From a virus (taxonomy: Duplodnaviria > Heunggongvirae > Uroviricota > Caudoviricetes): DNA of 64,000 nucleotides. Shown here piece after piece: positions 20,516-30,868 of the stretch (position 1 is its first letter; each line of letters begins with the position of its first letter). The notes beneath the pieces were generated by a model. It was not told the origin of the DNA. It made no database searches and saw only the letters and a program-made list of their open reading frames with translations. A program made the translations under genes and the position numbers. Where the stretch lies: the IMG/VR virus record IMGVR_UViG_649989924_000003. One strand, 5' to 3'.

Positions 20516-21382
20516 CTATTCATTGATAAAACTCCAAACGGCCTTATCTTCTATTATCCATCCTTCTTTCATTTCGTCTAGAGTATTCTTGTATCTTATT
20601 TTTAACCACCCGCTATGGTATTCAATCACCTCAAAAGGTAACCCATATTTAATATAACCACATATATCTGCATTATTTGAGGAATAAGAATAAACCTCTG
20701 TATCTTTTGTTATGTAGCCATTTGCTGTTATATTTGAATTATCATTATGAATGATACCATAAAGCTGATTGATAATAGGAACCTCTTTTGTAAGATAATT
20801 CATTGTATCTGAATCAAGAAAACCAAAAATGCATTGAAGTACAGTAACAAATACCCATAATGAGTGAAGCTTATGAGTGATTTTCTTTTTATTATCATCC
20901 GATAATCTATTAATCTTTTCCTGATTCAGTACAAATTCCTCAGATAAATATTCTTCTTCAATCAATTCCTGAATATCAGAAAATGAGACTTGATTATAAA
21001 GTTCTTTCAATTCAGCATTTAAAGATAATGAATTCACTATATTTATTAACTGCTCTATTTGCCCACTCATCGTATTATTTTCTAGTTGTGATGATATAGA
21101 AGTTAATTGAGGAATTAAACTTGAAATTCCTGTTATGAGAAAGTCATGAGTTGTCTGCAGTATTCTTTCTCTTACAGACTGCGTTTCCATTAGCTGAAAA
21201 GCACTTTGAGTTACTTGTGAAATAGAAGAACTAAATAAGTTTGCAGTACCTATACGAATATCATCAGCAAACGAATTAACATAGTTGTTTAACATACACT
21301 GATACGGTTTCATCATATTTTCAATTATTTTGTTTTGTGTTTCTATCGCACCGACTGCTGTATATTTTTTCATAATTCGCAC
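20516..21382 (-). CDS. Hypothetical protein with a C-terminal bacterial SH3-like domain
   Basis: FEVIEYHSGWLKIRY...EGWI. Confidence 0.55.
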   Translation of the reverse strand: MRIMKKYTAVGAIETQNKIIENMMKPYQCMLNNYVNSFADDIRIGTANLFSSSISQVTQSAFQLMETQSVRERILQTTHDFLITGISSLIPQLTSISSQLENNTMSGQIEQLINIVNSLSLNAELKELYNQVSFSDIQELIEEEYLSEEFVLNQEKINRLSDDNKKKITHKLHSLWVFVTVLQCIFGFLDSDTMNYLTKEVPIINQLYGIIHNDNSNITANGYITKDTEVYSYSSNNADICGYIKYGLPFEVIEYHSGWLKIRYKNTLDEMKEGWIIEDKAVWSFINE

Positions 21383-21537
21383 CTATTCTCTATTTTTCAT
21401 TCCTTGGGGAAAATCTTCAAATCCTGGAATTTTAAGAGCCTCTTCATAGTATTTTGTATTCACTAAAGCATTATATATGACCATTCCTTCTTCATCATGC
21501 ATATAGAAATGATTATAATAGCAAGGCTATTTCATGA

Positions 21538-22320
21538 TTAAAAGTTGGTATTTATTCCATTAATATAAGTTTCAATGTTCCCATTTTTATCCAGTACAAT
21601 TGAATATATATCTCCACCAACAACTGGAAAACCAAATTTTAATATTTGTGTGTCTATTTGAATGATGTCACTAATATAATTTTCTGCTCTTTGTAGCAGG
21701 ATGGATTTATTATCAGCTTCAGATGGATTATCTATCATTAACTTTGTCTGGTCAGCATATGAGCCGATAGATAATGATAATGGAAAATCATAAAGAAATA
21801 CTGTCTGATTAAATTTCATATCAGAATTTGATGAACATGTTATTAAGCAATTATATATTTGATTGTTAATTGAAAGACTTAATAATATTTTTACATCTAA
21901 AAAATCATTGCACCACTGAGCTTCTTGTAAGTATCTGGAGATATATTTCTGTAATTCTTTCAGCTCTTTCTCCAGTCGTTCCAGATTATTAACAGTAAGA
22001 TTTTTAATTCTTATATTAATTTCATCATATATGTCAAATCCTGTAATGCACCAAATCATTTTCTTTGCTTTATCATAAAAGACTTTCTGATGAAAGAATA
22101 AATCTACACTTATCCATTTATCATTTATAGAATCATATTTTAGTTTTTGCATTAAACTTTCTGAAGATAAGATACTATATTTTTTATTCTTTATAAGAAT
22201 TCCCTGTGACACTGGATTATCAGTCCTTCCTAAATATTTAAAAATATTATTATAATCAGTTATTGGATAAGGATTATTTATGGATGATTTCATTATGTTT
22301 GTTTCATCTCCAGCAGACAA
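21538..22320 (-). CDS. Ntn hydrolase paralog D (upstream ATG 22293; core GTG 22212, Ser1)
   Basis: V/M-SQGILIK...SSES...HQKVFY...WCITG; C-terminal VVGGDIYSIVLDKNG. Confidence 0.6.
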   Translation of the reverse strand: MSAGDETNIMKSSINNPYPITDYNNIFKYLGRTDNPVSQGILIKNKKYSILSSESLMQKLKYDSINDKWISVDLFFHQKVFYDKAKKMIWCITGFDIYDEINIRIKNLTVNNLERLEKELKELQKYISRYLQEAQWCNDFLDVKILLSLSINNQIYNCLITCSSNSDMKFNQTVFLYDFPLSLSIGSYADQTKLMIDNPSEADNKSILLQRAENYISDIIQIDTQILKFGFPVVGGDIYSIVLDKNGNIETYINGINTNF

Positions 22321-22325
22321 CTGCT
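22308..22325 (-). promoter_or_regulatory. 5' hairpin-GGAG leader of Ntn paralog D
   Basis: AGCAG-TTGT-CTGCT-GGAG after TATAAT. Confidence 0.75.
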
Positions 22326-22355
22326 ATACATATATTATAATATTATATATGAAAA

Positions 22356-22712
22356 TCATTTCCCCTCAACAATTCTATAAGCTTCCGTTGCTTTTACTCT
22401 ATTGCCCACATCATACCCCTTATACTTCAGTTGAAATTCCTGTAACTCCTCAATAGAAAATAAATACCTTTGCCCAACTTTAATTGCTTTAAGTATACCA
22501 ACCTCCCTAAGCATTGAAATATTTTGTCTTGAGGTCTTTAAAAGAGTAGCAACCTCCTCTTGAGTAAGCATCTCGAGTTTTTTAAATGCATCTACTTTAT
22601 CCTCTATTCTCAGTGATTCAATCTGCAAAGCAATTTTATCCTGCTTTTTCACAAACTTAATAGTTCCACTAAATTCTACATCATAATCCTCTAAAATATC
22701 TTCCAAATTCAT
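22356..22712 (-). CDS. Excisionase/MerR-like HTH_17 DNA-binding protein
   Basis: LTQEEVATLLKTSRQNISMLREVGILKAIKVGQRYLFS. Confidence 0.75.
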   Translation of the reverse strand: MNLEDILEDYDVEFSGTIKFVKKQDKIALQIESLRIEDKVDAFKKLEMLTQEEVATLLKTSRQNISMLREVGILKAIKVGQRYLFSIEELQEFQLKYKGYDVGNRVKATEAYRIVEGK

Positions 22713-22756
22713 ATTGCTCTCCTTTCATGTGAATCAATAACTAATGTATTAATATT

Positions 22757-23455
22757 TTATAAACTATCTTCTGAAATTCCATTAACATGCATTTTTACTT
22801 CTCCCTCTTTGTCCATTTTAACTGAATAGACACTACCGCCTATAGTAGTTAGAGTTTCATCATGAATAGCGCTCTGTATTCCTGCTGTCACAAAATCTAT
22901 TGGTTCAATATTATATATTTCACTGACTATAATATCTGGATTTTTAATACCTTCTCCAGTTTGTAAAAAATGATTATTAAATATATACAGATGTTTATTT
23001 GCTTGCATAACTTTTCCAAATGGATAATGTCTTCCCCTAAAATTCACTTCTACTGTATTAAGATAAAAATATCCTTCTTCTTGCCAAAATATTAAAATAT
23101 CTGTATTGCTATCAGTTAATCTTAACTTTGCATATACTTCCTCGATTTTCTTTAGAAGATTCTCTGTAACACTGAAAATATCATTAGTCTTATACTCATT
23201 TATAGCATCCAAAATATAATCCGTTAACATGATATTACCGCCAGATGTCAATATCTCTATCGTTCCCAATATACAAATAACAATATTCTTGTCATAGAAA
23301 ATCTTCTTGCTATCAAATTGTTTTGTATGATTATATGAATTTGTTAATTGTGTATCTGCACCAACAACCAGTACGTCATTCCTTGCTGCTGCCATAATTC
23401 TCGACATTCTATTCACTTCTTTCTGTATACTGAGGTTATTTAAATTGCTTTTCAC
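22757..23455 (-). CDS. Ntn hydrolase paralog C (upstream GTG 23455; core ATG 23407, Ser1)
   Basis: M-SRIMAA...VGADT...KKIF...ILG; TIGGSVY. Confidence 0.7.
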   Translation of the reverse strand: MKSNLNNLSIQKEVNRMSRIMAAARNDVLVVGADTQLTNSYNHTKQFDSKKIFYDKNIVICILGTIEILTSGGNIMLTDYILDAINEYKTNDIFSVTENLLKKIEEVYAKLRLTDSNTDILIFWQEEGYFYLNTVEVNFRGRHYPFGKVMQANKHLYIFNNHFLQTGEGIKNPDIIVSEIYNIEPIDFVTAGIQSAIHDETLTTIGGSVYSVKMDKEGEVKMHVNGISEDSL

Positions 23456-24225
23456 TTTATCATCTCCAGCAGTTGACTGCTATTAAAAGAGTTTTTTCTT
23501 CCATTTACATATGTTTCTATAATTCCATGTTTATCGAGTGTGACAGTAAAAACATCTCCTCCTACTGTTTGAAAGTCAGTATTATTTATAGCATTTCTAA
23601 CAGTTTGTATAGAGAAGTCTAGAGGATTTGTGTTAAGAAAACCTAACAAATGATTTCCTGCTCCTTCTCCTGTATCAAAATAATAATGATTCATAACCTT
23701 AATAACATTATCTTTTGTTTTATAATCATATCCAAAAGCATAATTTAAAAAAGGCATAATTTTATAATCTCCATTCAATTGAAAGGCACGTAGCAAAAAG
23801 TGCTGATTCTCTCTCCAGAATAAACAAACTTGTAAAAAGTTTTTATTATAGTATTTTGAAAAATATTTTTCTACTGTTTGAATTATTTGATTTTCTACAA
23901 GATATGGATTAATTTCCTGTTTTATGATATTCTCTATAACTTTATCAAATTCAATAATTCCATTAGAGGTTATCAATTCTATTTGTCCAAGTAATGCAAT
24001 AATTATTTTCTTGTTGTGTAGAATTTTTTTCTTATATGTTTTGTTATTTGTTATATTATTAGTCAGTAATGAATCTGCGGATACAACTAAAATTTCATCA
24101 TTTGCTGCTGACGTTACTCTTGTCATTGTTTTTTCCTTCCTAAAAATAAGTTGACTCCAGTCTAAAAATGGTTCCACTTTTCTCATCTCCAGCAGTTGAC
24201 TGCTATATGTCATATTATAAATCAC
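23452..24225 (-). CDS. Ntn hydrolase paralog B (upstream GTG 24177; core ATG 24126, Thr1)
   Basis: M-TRVTS...VSADS...KKIL...LLG; TVGGDVF. Confidence 0.7.
   Translation of the reverse strand: MIYNMTYSSQLLEMRKVEPFLDWSQLIFRKEKTMTRVTSAANDEILVVSADSLLTNNITNNKTYKKKILHNKKIIIALLGQIELITSNGIIEFDKVIENIIKQEINPYLVENQIIQTVEKYFSKYYNKNFLQVCLFWRENQHFLLRAFQLNGDYKIMPFLNYAFGYDYKTKDNVIKVMNHYYFDTGEGAGNHLLGFLNTNPLDFSIQTVRNAINNTDFQTVGGDVFTVTLDKHGIIETYVNGRKNSFNSSQLLEMIK
23464..23481 (-). promoter_or_regulatory. Hairpin-GGAG leader of paralog C, embedded in the 3' end of paralog B
   Basis: AGCAG-TCAA-CTGCT-GGAG, identical to the copy at 24187. Confidence 0.75.
24187..24204 (-). promoter_or_regulatory. 5' hairpin-GGAG leader of paralog B
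   Basis: AGCAG-TCAA-CTGCT-GGAG after TATAAT. Confidence 0.75.
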
Positions 24226-24243
24226 ATTTTTATATTTGTATTA

Positions 24244-24960
24244 TTATCGCCTACTAATAACTTGATATTGGCATTTACCTCCAACAGTTTGAAGTTCTTT
24301 ATCAGAGATGGCTGAATGAATATTGCATTTCACTTCATCAACTGGATTCTCATAATGGCCCTGAATAATTGCATAGTTATTATAAACACCTTGACCTAAT
24401 GTCAGCATATGATGATTGAATTTAAAGTTTTCTTTATTTGCATCATAAATATTTCCAAAAGGAGAAGAACATTCATATGAATTCAACCCAGATGATATCT
24501 GAAAATAATATATATAGAACTTTTCGTTAACTAAGCCAAAAACAGCAAACTGTGTAAAATAATGAAAGAAATTATGACAATAAATCTGCCCTACTTCTTT
24601 TTTTAATGAATCTATAAGACTTAAAAAATCAGAATTCATTTTTAAGCATTTTTCAACAACTTTCTGAATATGAAAATCTCCTATACTGCTCTGTAAATCC
24701 AAAGTGCCTAATACTGCCACAATAATATTATTGTTTGAAAAAACCTTCTTTCCATAACATGATGAGGCTCTCGTCTTATCGTGTATATATAAAGTATCAC
24801 TACCAACACACAAGATATTATCATTTGCTGCTGCACATACTCTTGTCATAATAGTTCCTTTCATGAGCATTTTTGTGGAATCTCCAAAGGTTATTCCTTG
24901 AATTGCATAGTCTCCTATTGAATTGAAAACAGTCAATCTATCCCTCCAGTGAGTTATCAC
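24244..24960 (-). CDS. Ntn hydrolase paralog E (upstream TTG 24936; core ATG 24849, Thr1)
   Basis: M-TRVCAA...VGSDT...KKVF...VLG; TVGGK. Confidence 0.7.
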   Translation of the reverse strand: MITHWRDRLTVFNSIGDYAIQGITFGDSTKMLMKGTIMTRVCAAANDNILCVGSDTLYIHDKTRASSCYGKKVFSNNNIIVAVLGTLDLQSSIGDFHIQKVVEKCLKMNSDFLSLIDSLKKEVGQIYCHNFFHYFTQFAVFGLVNEKFYIYYFQISSGLNSYECSSPFGNIYDANKENFKFNHHMLTLGQGVYNNYAIIQGHYENPVDEVKCNIHSAISDKELQTVGGKCQYQVISRR

Positions 24961-24961
24961 T
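24944..24961 (-). promoter_or_regulatory. 5' hairpin-GGAG leader of paralog E (compensatory stem)
   Basis: AGTGA-TAAC-TCACT-GGAG after TG-ATATACT. Confidence 0.75.
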
Positions 24962-24980
24962 TATTAAAGTATATCATAGT

Positions 24981-27011
24981 TTATTCTTGGAATGATTCTA
25001 GTTTTTCAAAAGGTATACCAGCATAATGGTTTAAATCATTTATGAGATAGTTAAGTTGCATTTTAATAATTAAATCATCTGGTCTTAACTCATCCGGTAA
25101 TTTATCAATATCAATTCTACTAAGAATATCATATAATTTAAGTAGTAGACAGACATGATTATACTCATGATATACCTCTTTCCATTCACTAAAAAATCTT
25201 CTTAAATCAAATAAGTTTTTGGATGTTGACACTATAATTTTAGATACTAAAAAGTGAATATCTACATATTCAAAAATATTAATAACACTATAAGGTGCAT
25301 AGTAAACACTGTTTTTATCTTGAGATAATTTATATATCTTATATGCCCAATCCTCATTATGAGAAATAATGTAATGTATATCATTTTCTTTATTATTATT
25401 GATTGTTTCGTCCATCGTGTTCTGCAAAGTTTTAATTATATCTTTAAATCTCATCTTAATATTTTTGTTATCGATTATTGACGCATAAGCTTCATCAAAG
25501 CGATAATAATTTTTTGATTTTTTTATATTAGTTAACATATGTTTTTTCATAGTTTCCAAAAAATTTGGGTCAATACCAATATTATCTGTTTTTAAAAATA
25601 AATGTATTATTTTATGATAGTCATCCTTGTTATATAAATCCTCTTGAAGATATTGATTTATTCTATTTAAAGAATCTTCTACTTTATTTTGGGTATAACA
25701 GAACCATCCATAATCCATATCAACCAGTAACTGACTACTTTCTGCCACATTTTTACCATAATTCCTATTATACTCTTTTATGATATTTGAAATTACTGAT
25801 TGATTATAATGAGAATAAATAACATAATCATCAACAAACTTTATTCTGAATGAAAATTTTTGATATGTTGAATTAATAGTTACCTGTTCATGCTCATAAC
25901 TAATCAGTCCTTTTCCCCACTTATAATCTATCTCTCCACTTTTAAATCTACAACAAATTTCAAAGCAATATCCAACCATATAATCTAAAAACCCCTCTGA
26001 CTTTTTATCTAAATTTTTTATTTCTGAATATAAGAAGTTTATCTTAGAAAGATAAAACTGAAATGTTCTCATATTATAATGTCTCAATAGGTTAATTATT
26101 TCTATATAATCAGGTGTTTTTTCTTTAATAATTTTCTTTAATTCATTATCAATGTTAGAATTTTCAATTATATTTTTAAATGTTTTATATAAATCAGGTT
26201 GATAATAGATAGATATACCAATTAATTTCTCTCTCATTCTTTCATAGTCTGTTTTATGTTCAAATAGTTTCTCTGCTCGTTCCTTTAACTCAGATTCATT
26301 AAATATACAATTGTTTTGAGTAGAATTATCATTAGATTTTTGTATAAAACCTGGTAATGATTCTTTATCGGAATTTTCTGCATCACTAGAAATCTGCAAA
26401 TTATTATTTAATACCACCATATATTTCAATTCAATATTATTATCATCAAAACCTAACAATAACTCTTTCTGATTCGCAACAATAATAACTTTCATAGCTT
26501 GATGCTCTACAAATCCATTAATATACCCTAAAACTTCATTGACTGGTATATTGCATCTCTCCAAGTCGTCAAAAATAAGAATGCTGCTTTCTAATGACAT
26601 AAATTGACTAAGCAGGTCTTTAATAGCCTCCCTATCTAAATCAATACCTTTATTTTTTAATATATCAAACCCTAATGACACTGCTGATGAGCCAAAAGAA
26701 TACCCTTTTTTCTTTTTATCACTGTCTAAATAATTCTCCATATAAATGGATTTGCTTATATCTTCTACCCTTTTCACTCCATATAAAGAGATATAAATGA
26801 TTTTTTTGGGTTTATAATCGTCTTGATTATTACTTTTTTCTTTTTCCCAATCTTTTAATTTTGGAATCAAGATTTCCTTCACAAAATAAGTTTTCCCACT
26901 ACCCCACTCTCCATCAATCATAACTGCATAATTATATAATTTCTCAGCAATGTAGGATTTTATAACTTCTATGATTTCGGTATCTGATAAATATTGCTTA
27001 TGATTATCCAT
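24981..27011 (-). CDS. KAP-family P-loop NTPase
   Basis: GEWGSGKT, IYISLYG, LIFDDLERC, EKLIG. Confidence 0.85.
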   Translation of the reverse strand: MDNHKQYLSDTEIIEVIKSYIAEKLYNYAVMIDGEWGSGKTYFVKEILIPKLKDWEKEKSNNQDDYKPKKIIYISLYGVKRVEDISKSIYMENYLDSDKKKKGYSFGSSAVSLGFDILKNKGIDLDREAIKDLLSQFMSLESSILIFDDLERCNIPVNEVLGYINGFVEHQAMKVIIVANQKELLLGFDDNNIELKYMVVLNNNLQISSDAENSDKESLPGFIQKSNDNSTQNNCIFNESELKERAEKLFEHKTDYERMREKLIGISIYYQPDLYKTFKNIIENSNIDNELKKIIKEKTPDYIEIINLLRHYNMRTFQFYLSKINFLYSEIKNLDKKSEGFLDYMVGYCFEICCRFKSGEIDYKWGKGLISYEHEQVTINSTYQKFSFRIKFVDDYVIYSHYNQSVISNIIKEYNRNYGKNVAESSQLLVDMDYGWFCYTQNKVEDSLNRINQYLQEDLYNKDDYHKIIHLFLKTDNIGIDPNFLETMKKHMLTNIKKSKNYYRFDEAYASIIDNKNIKMRFKDIIKTLQNTMDETINNNKENDIHYIISHNEDWAYKIYKLSQDKNSVYYAPYSVINIFEYVDIHFLVSKIIVSTSKNLFDLRRFFSEWKEVYHEYNHVCLLLKLYDILSRIDIDKLPDELRPDDLIIKMQLNYLINDLNHYAGIPFEKLESFQE

Positions 27012-27095
27012 TGTTAATTATCCTTTCTCATTTTATTTATAGGAATATTTTAACATTTTTTAGTATAAGCTGCTACCCACTCTTGGTTTACTCTA

Positions 27096-27437
27096 TCAAG
27101 TTATACTTTCTTCTTCCTTTAGATACTGAAGCATAGCTGTTGTTTCTAAACCATATTCCTTTGCTAGAACTGTTGCAGGAATAATAGCTTCTTTATACTT
27201 TAAGTTATATTTATATTTTAATCTTTTAATAATTTGAGAAGCTGTTTTTATGCGAAGTATTTTCTGTACATCCTTTAACCTTAGCATACAATCTACCTCT
27301 TTTGGTTCATTGATTCCAAATAATTTCATTACGTCTTCATTTAATGGAACATCTCCATATTTTTCAAATAAATCTTTAATTGTTAACATATTGTATCCTT
27401 TCCTCTGCATTACGCAAAAAAGATTGCAAGGCTGCAA
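27096..27437 (-). CDS. Hypothetical, possibly a DNA-binding protein
   Basis: ORF; LRLKDVQKILRI is HTH-like. Confidence 0.45.
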   Translation of the reverse strand: MQPCNLFCVMQRKGYNMLTIKDLFEKYGDVPLNEDVMKLFGINEPKEVDCMLRLKDVQKILRIKTASQIIKRLKYKYNLKYKEAIIPATVLAKEYGLETTAMLQYLKEEESIT

Positions 27438-27453
27438 TCTCTGTTGTTTCTCT

Positions 27454-28296
27454 TTACTTTTCTTTTATATCAAGGTCCGCATTATCTAACTGGTAATCAG
27501 TTTTATAGAGAAGATTTGAGAAGAATTTAATAAGATACTCATCATTCTCATTAATTTTCTTAGGAATATTGATATAGTTTGCACGAACAAGAGCATTTCT
27601 AAAATACTTCGAATTATCCTTAAATAATTCATTGTTCATATCCTTTAATCCTAGATATGTGATATATTTCTGAATAAACAATGCAGTTGTTCTTGTATTC
27701 CCTTCTCCAAAGGGATGAACTTGCCAAATTCGAGAAGTGAAAGTTGCTAATCTTTTTAAGATATCCTCTTTTGACATTTCTGTATAATCCTGATTCTTTT
27801 CTTCTTCAAAATCATATCTTAATGTATCCTCAATCATTGAAAAATCTGAATAGAGTACAGTATCTCCATCTAATATTGGCTCACTCTTTGTTATATTGTA
27901 ATCTCTGAAGTTTCCAATATATTTCTGAGAAACTAAAATATCCACTCCATCGAATAAATGCTTATGATAGAGTTTTAAAGTATTGTAATCAAATCTAAAT
28001 GTTGGACTGCTCAACATTTGAACAATCCTAGCAGATACAATATCTGCTTCCCTTTCATCAGAGTTTATATGAGTTGATTCCTTATAATAAGAATCAATCT
28101 GTTTATAAACTTCTGTATAGGTTTTCTTGCCTTCAACATTTTCCTTTGCCAGTTGCAACATATATTCTGAAGGCTTGATATTATCTACGTCTTGGAGTCC
28201 AAAAGCAATATTCCAATATAGTTGTTTTGTTTTTCCATCCTTGGTTTCTGATATGACTTTATACTTGAATTCATTATATTTTTCCATCAAAATCAA
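27454..28296 (-). CDS. Fic-domain protein with an N-terminal VbhA-like segment
   Basis: HPFGEGNTRT; N-terminal AFGLQDVDNIKPS. Confidence 0.9.
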   Translation of the reverse strand: MILMEKYNEFKYKVISETKDGKTKQLYWNIAFGLQDVDNIKPSEYMLQLAKENVEGKKTYTEVYKQIDSYYKESTHINSDEREADIVSARIVQMLSSPTFRFDYNTLKLYHKHLFDGVDILVSQKYIGNFRDYNITKSEPILDGDTVLYSDFSMIEDTLRYDFEEEKNQDYTEMSKEDILKRLATFTSRIWQVHPFGEGNTRTTALFIQKYITYLGLKDMNNELFKDNSKYFRNALVRANYINIPKKINENDEYLIKFFSNLLYKTDYQLDNADLDIKEK

Positions 28297-28405
28297 CTCC
28301 TTTCTCTATCTATCTTATTCTACCACCTTTTGTCCAATTCACCAAATATTATTGTATGTATGTGTAGAGGGTTCCTTTATCAGCTAATGCTTCTCATATA
28401 GAATA

Positions 28406-28846
28406 TTAATCACCTCTTAACATCTCTCTCACTTCCATTAAAATCTTTCCTAAGTGATTCTCTCCAATACCATTACAGATACCCCAATAAGTATCATTCC
28501 ATGTATTTCTCTCTATAAGCTCTGCATCTTTGGTATTTAAAAGTGCTGACTTTAGTTTTGGGTTTGTAAACTTTAGAATAATTAACTCCTTCATAATATA
28601 TAACTTAATATCATCCCAGTTATCTCTAAGCGTAACCTTTCTGCCTGCACATTTTGCTTGGCCAGGCGTTTTTTTGTTTGCTATTATGATACGCTGAATA
28701 AATACTGTGGTTTTAGCTGCCTGAAAAGCATGCTCAACAGTAGGATAGAGTATGCCATCATAAAATATTGGTGAATCGTAATAATTGCTCAGGAATGCAT
28801 ATTCCCCATGAAAACTATCAATTATCTTTACATTATTCTCTTTCAT
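28406..28846 (-). CDS. NADAR (YbiA-like) family protein
   Basis: FLSNYY, YPTVEHAFQAAK, NDTYWG, GENHLGKILMEVR. Confidence 0.9.
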   Translation of the reverse strand: MKENNVKIIDSFHGEYAFLSNYYDSPIFYDGILYPTVEHAFQAAKTTVFIQRIIIANKKTPGQAKCAGRKVTLRDNWDDIKLYIMKELIILKFTNPKLKSALLNTKDAELIERNTWNDTYWGICNGIGENHLGKILMEVREMLRGD

Positions 28847-29163
28847 TATTCTTCCTCCATAAACTCATCTGATAATGACCTCTGTTTTAAATACATTTGA
28901 ACATTTTCATTATCTACAAACGTTAAATCATCTGCAATCATAATTCCATACATCATTTCAAAAGCTTTTGTATCACAAAGAGTCTCACTGACTTCCATTC
29001 CCTTTGGCACAGCTTTGGCAATTGTTAATTCTTTTTCCATTTCATCAGGAAATAATTCAGCTTCATAAAATTCATAGATATTATGACCTACCTGAATGAA
29101 GAAAGTCATCATATACGAAGAATAATTGAAATAACCTTGTGATGAAATTATTTTATACTCCAT
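28846..29163 (-). CDS. Hypothetical protein
   Basis: ORF with RBS. Confidence 0.55.
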   Translation of the reverse strand: MEYKIISSQGYFNYSSYMMTFFIQVGHNIYEFYEAELFPDEMEKELTIAKAVPKGMEVSETLCDTKAFEMMYGIMIADDLTFVDNENVQMYLKQRSLSDEFMEEE

Positions 29164-29231
29164 AGTTTTTTCTCCTTTCTATAATTCCAAAAAAGAAAGG
29201 ACTTGTAACCTTTCAATAGTGAAAAGACTAT

Positions 29232-29747
29232 CTACTCGTTAAGTCCTGGTTCTTGTACAGAATCTTCCAGTTCATCTAAGACACTGCTCATCTCATCGTG
29301 CACATAGCGAATAGTCTCTTGTGTTTCTTTAATTTCTTTTTCTATTTCTTTTGACTTTTGCTGTACAGAAGATGTTGACGCCTTCTGCTTAGCTATCTCA
29401 TTTTCAATTTCTTGTCTTCTGGTGTCTATTTCTGCTTTTGTGGCTGAAAATTCAGCATTTCTTTTTTCAACTTCATTTTTCATATCCTGATAATTTTTCT
29501 GGAAATCATCAAAAGTTGGTATAGTTGGCTCTACTTTCTGCTGGGTCAAAGCATTTGCTATTGTTTGATTAATACCCCAATAAGCAAAACCCAAGAATAA
29601 AATCAGAACACAAAACCCCATAACAATAGCTATACGTTTCTTAGTTTTCTTAGACTGGTGATTCTTTTGCTCAGTAATAATAGTATTTTCTTGTAGTTCT
29701 TTATTTAATTGATTTTGTTCCATAAATAAATCTCCCTTCTGCCTCAA
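29232..29747 (-). CDS. Membrane-anchored coiled-coil protein
   Basis: One TM segment followed by a long heptad-rich region. Confidence 0.6.
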   Translation of the reverse strand: MRQKGDLFMEQNQLNKELQENTIITEQKNHQSKKTKKRIAIVMGFCVLILFLGFAYWGINQTIANALTQQKVEPTIPTFDDFQKNYQDMKNEVEKRNAEFSATKAEIDTRRQEIENEIAKQKASTSSVQQKSKEIEKEIKETQETIRYVHDEMSSVLDELEDSVQEPGLNE

Positions 29748-29820
29748 CTTATGGAATGTTAAGGACTCATTTTTTTAAATCTAATCATAATATACTGAAA
29801 TGAATGATATGACTATTGCT

Positions 29821-30846
29821 TCATGATATTTTACATGTTTGTATTTTCTTAATCATTTTATAGATTCTAAATTTCATCGCTTTTGGATGACTTTCCAAAA
29901 ACTGATTGCAATCCTTGTAAGGAACTACACTAAAATTCATGAATTCTATATTTTCCTTGGCAAAGTCTCTTTCTATTTTTAAAACATATTCTTTACCAGC
30001 AGTATCATTATCAAGTGCAAAGATAAAGGTTTTTTCCTTTAATTCAGGATTATTCCTAATCAATCTGAGCAATTGCTTATATTTTTTGACTCCTGGAAGT
30101 GCAATACATCCTACCTCAGATTCTTGACATACTTCCTTTATAGATAAGGCATCATACACGCCTTCCGTGACAAATATAATATTCTTTTCTTTATCAAAAG
30201 CATCTTTAATATTCCATATTTCCAGACCTTTTTTGATAAGCATGACTTGAATTTCTTTTTTATACTTCTTCTTAGCATTAGTATCTTGATGAAAAGTACT
30301 TCTCAGTAGAAGTCTTTCAGGATAACCCTCAAGATTCATTATAGGGATAATAATATCTCTATCTAGATAATTCCGTCCCCTATATTTATTTCCAAAATGA
30401 TGCTTTGTCTTTTCTTGATTAATAAGATGCTGAAAAGTTTTATCATTATAAATGATGCCATTTTCTTTCAATATATCATTAGAAATACCACGTATGTCAA
30501 AATTAAAATGATGAGTATTTCCTTTCACAGAAAAAGTAATATAATGGCAATAAGTCTGAAGAAGTTCCACCCCCTGAGGTGTCATTTGAATATTGCTTTT
30601 TTCTTTGATTTTCAAATTCTTTGTTTTTTTGATATCTTTTAAATAATCATTCAGATAAGATGTTTCCCCACATTTGTTTAATCGATTGCATCGAATTGGA
30701 ATTCTGTAGGATGAATCCTCTAGCCAGTGATTAATATCTTCTATGTAACAGTAGGCCTCTTTTCTTCCACATTGAGGACAGTATAAAATATAATAATCCC
30801 CACTTTGTGTTGCCTTAAATTCTTTCAAAACATCATTAATATCCAC
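29821..30846 (-). CDS. TOPRIM-domain DNA primase with an N-terminal zinc finger
   Basis: CPQC...CNRLNKC; VTEGVYDALS; LDND. Confidence 0.85.
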   Translation of the reverse strand: MDINDVLKEFKATQSGDYYILYCPQCGRKEAYCYIEDINHWLEDSSYRIPIRCNRLNKCGETSYLNDYLKDIKKTKNLKIKEKSNIQMTPQGVELLQTYCHYITFSVKGNTHHFNFDIRGISNDILKENGIIYNDKTFQHLINQEKTKHHFGNKYRGRNYLDRDIIIPIMNLEGYPERLLLRSTFHQDTNAKKKYKKEIQVMLIKKGLEIWNIKDAFDKEKNIIFVTEGVYDALSIKEVCQESEVGCIALPGVKKYKQLLRLIRNNPELKEKTFIFALDNDTAGKEYVLKIERDFAKENIEFMNFSVVPYKDCNQFLESHPKAMKFRIYKMIKKIQTCKIS

Positions 30847-30868
30847 AATTTCACTCCTCTCTCTGATT

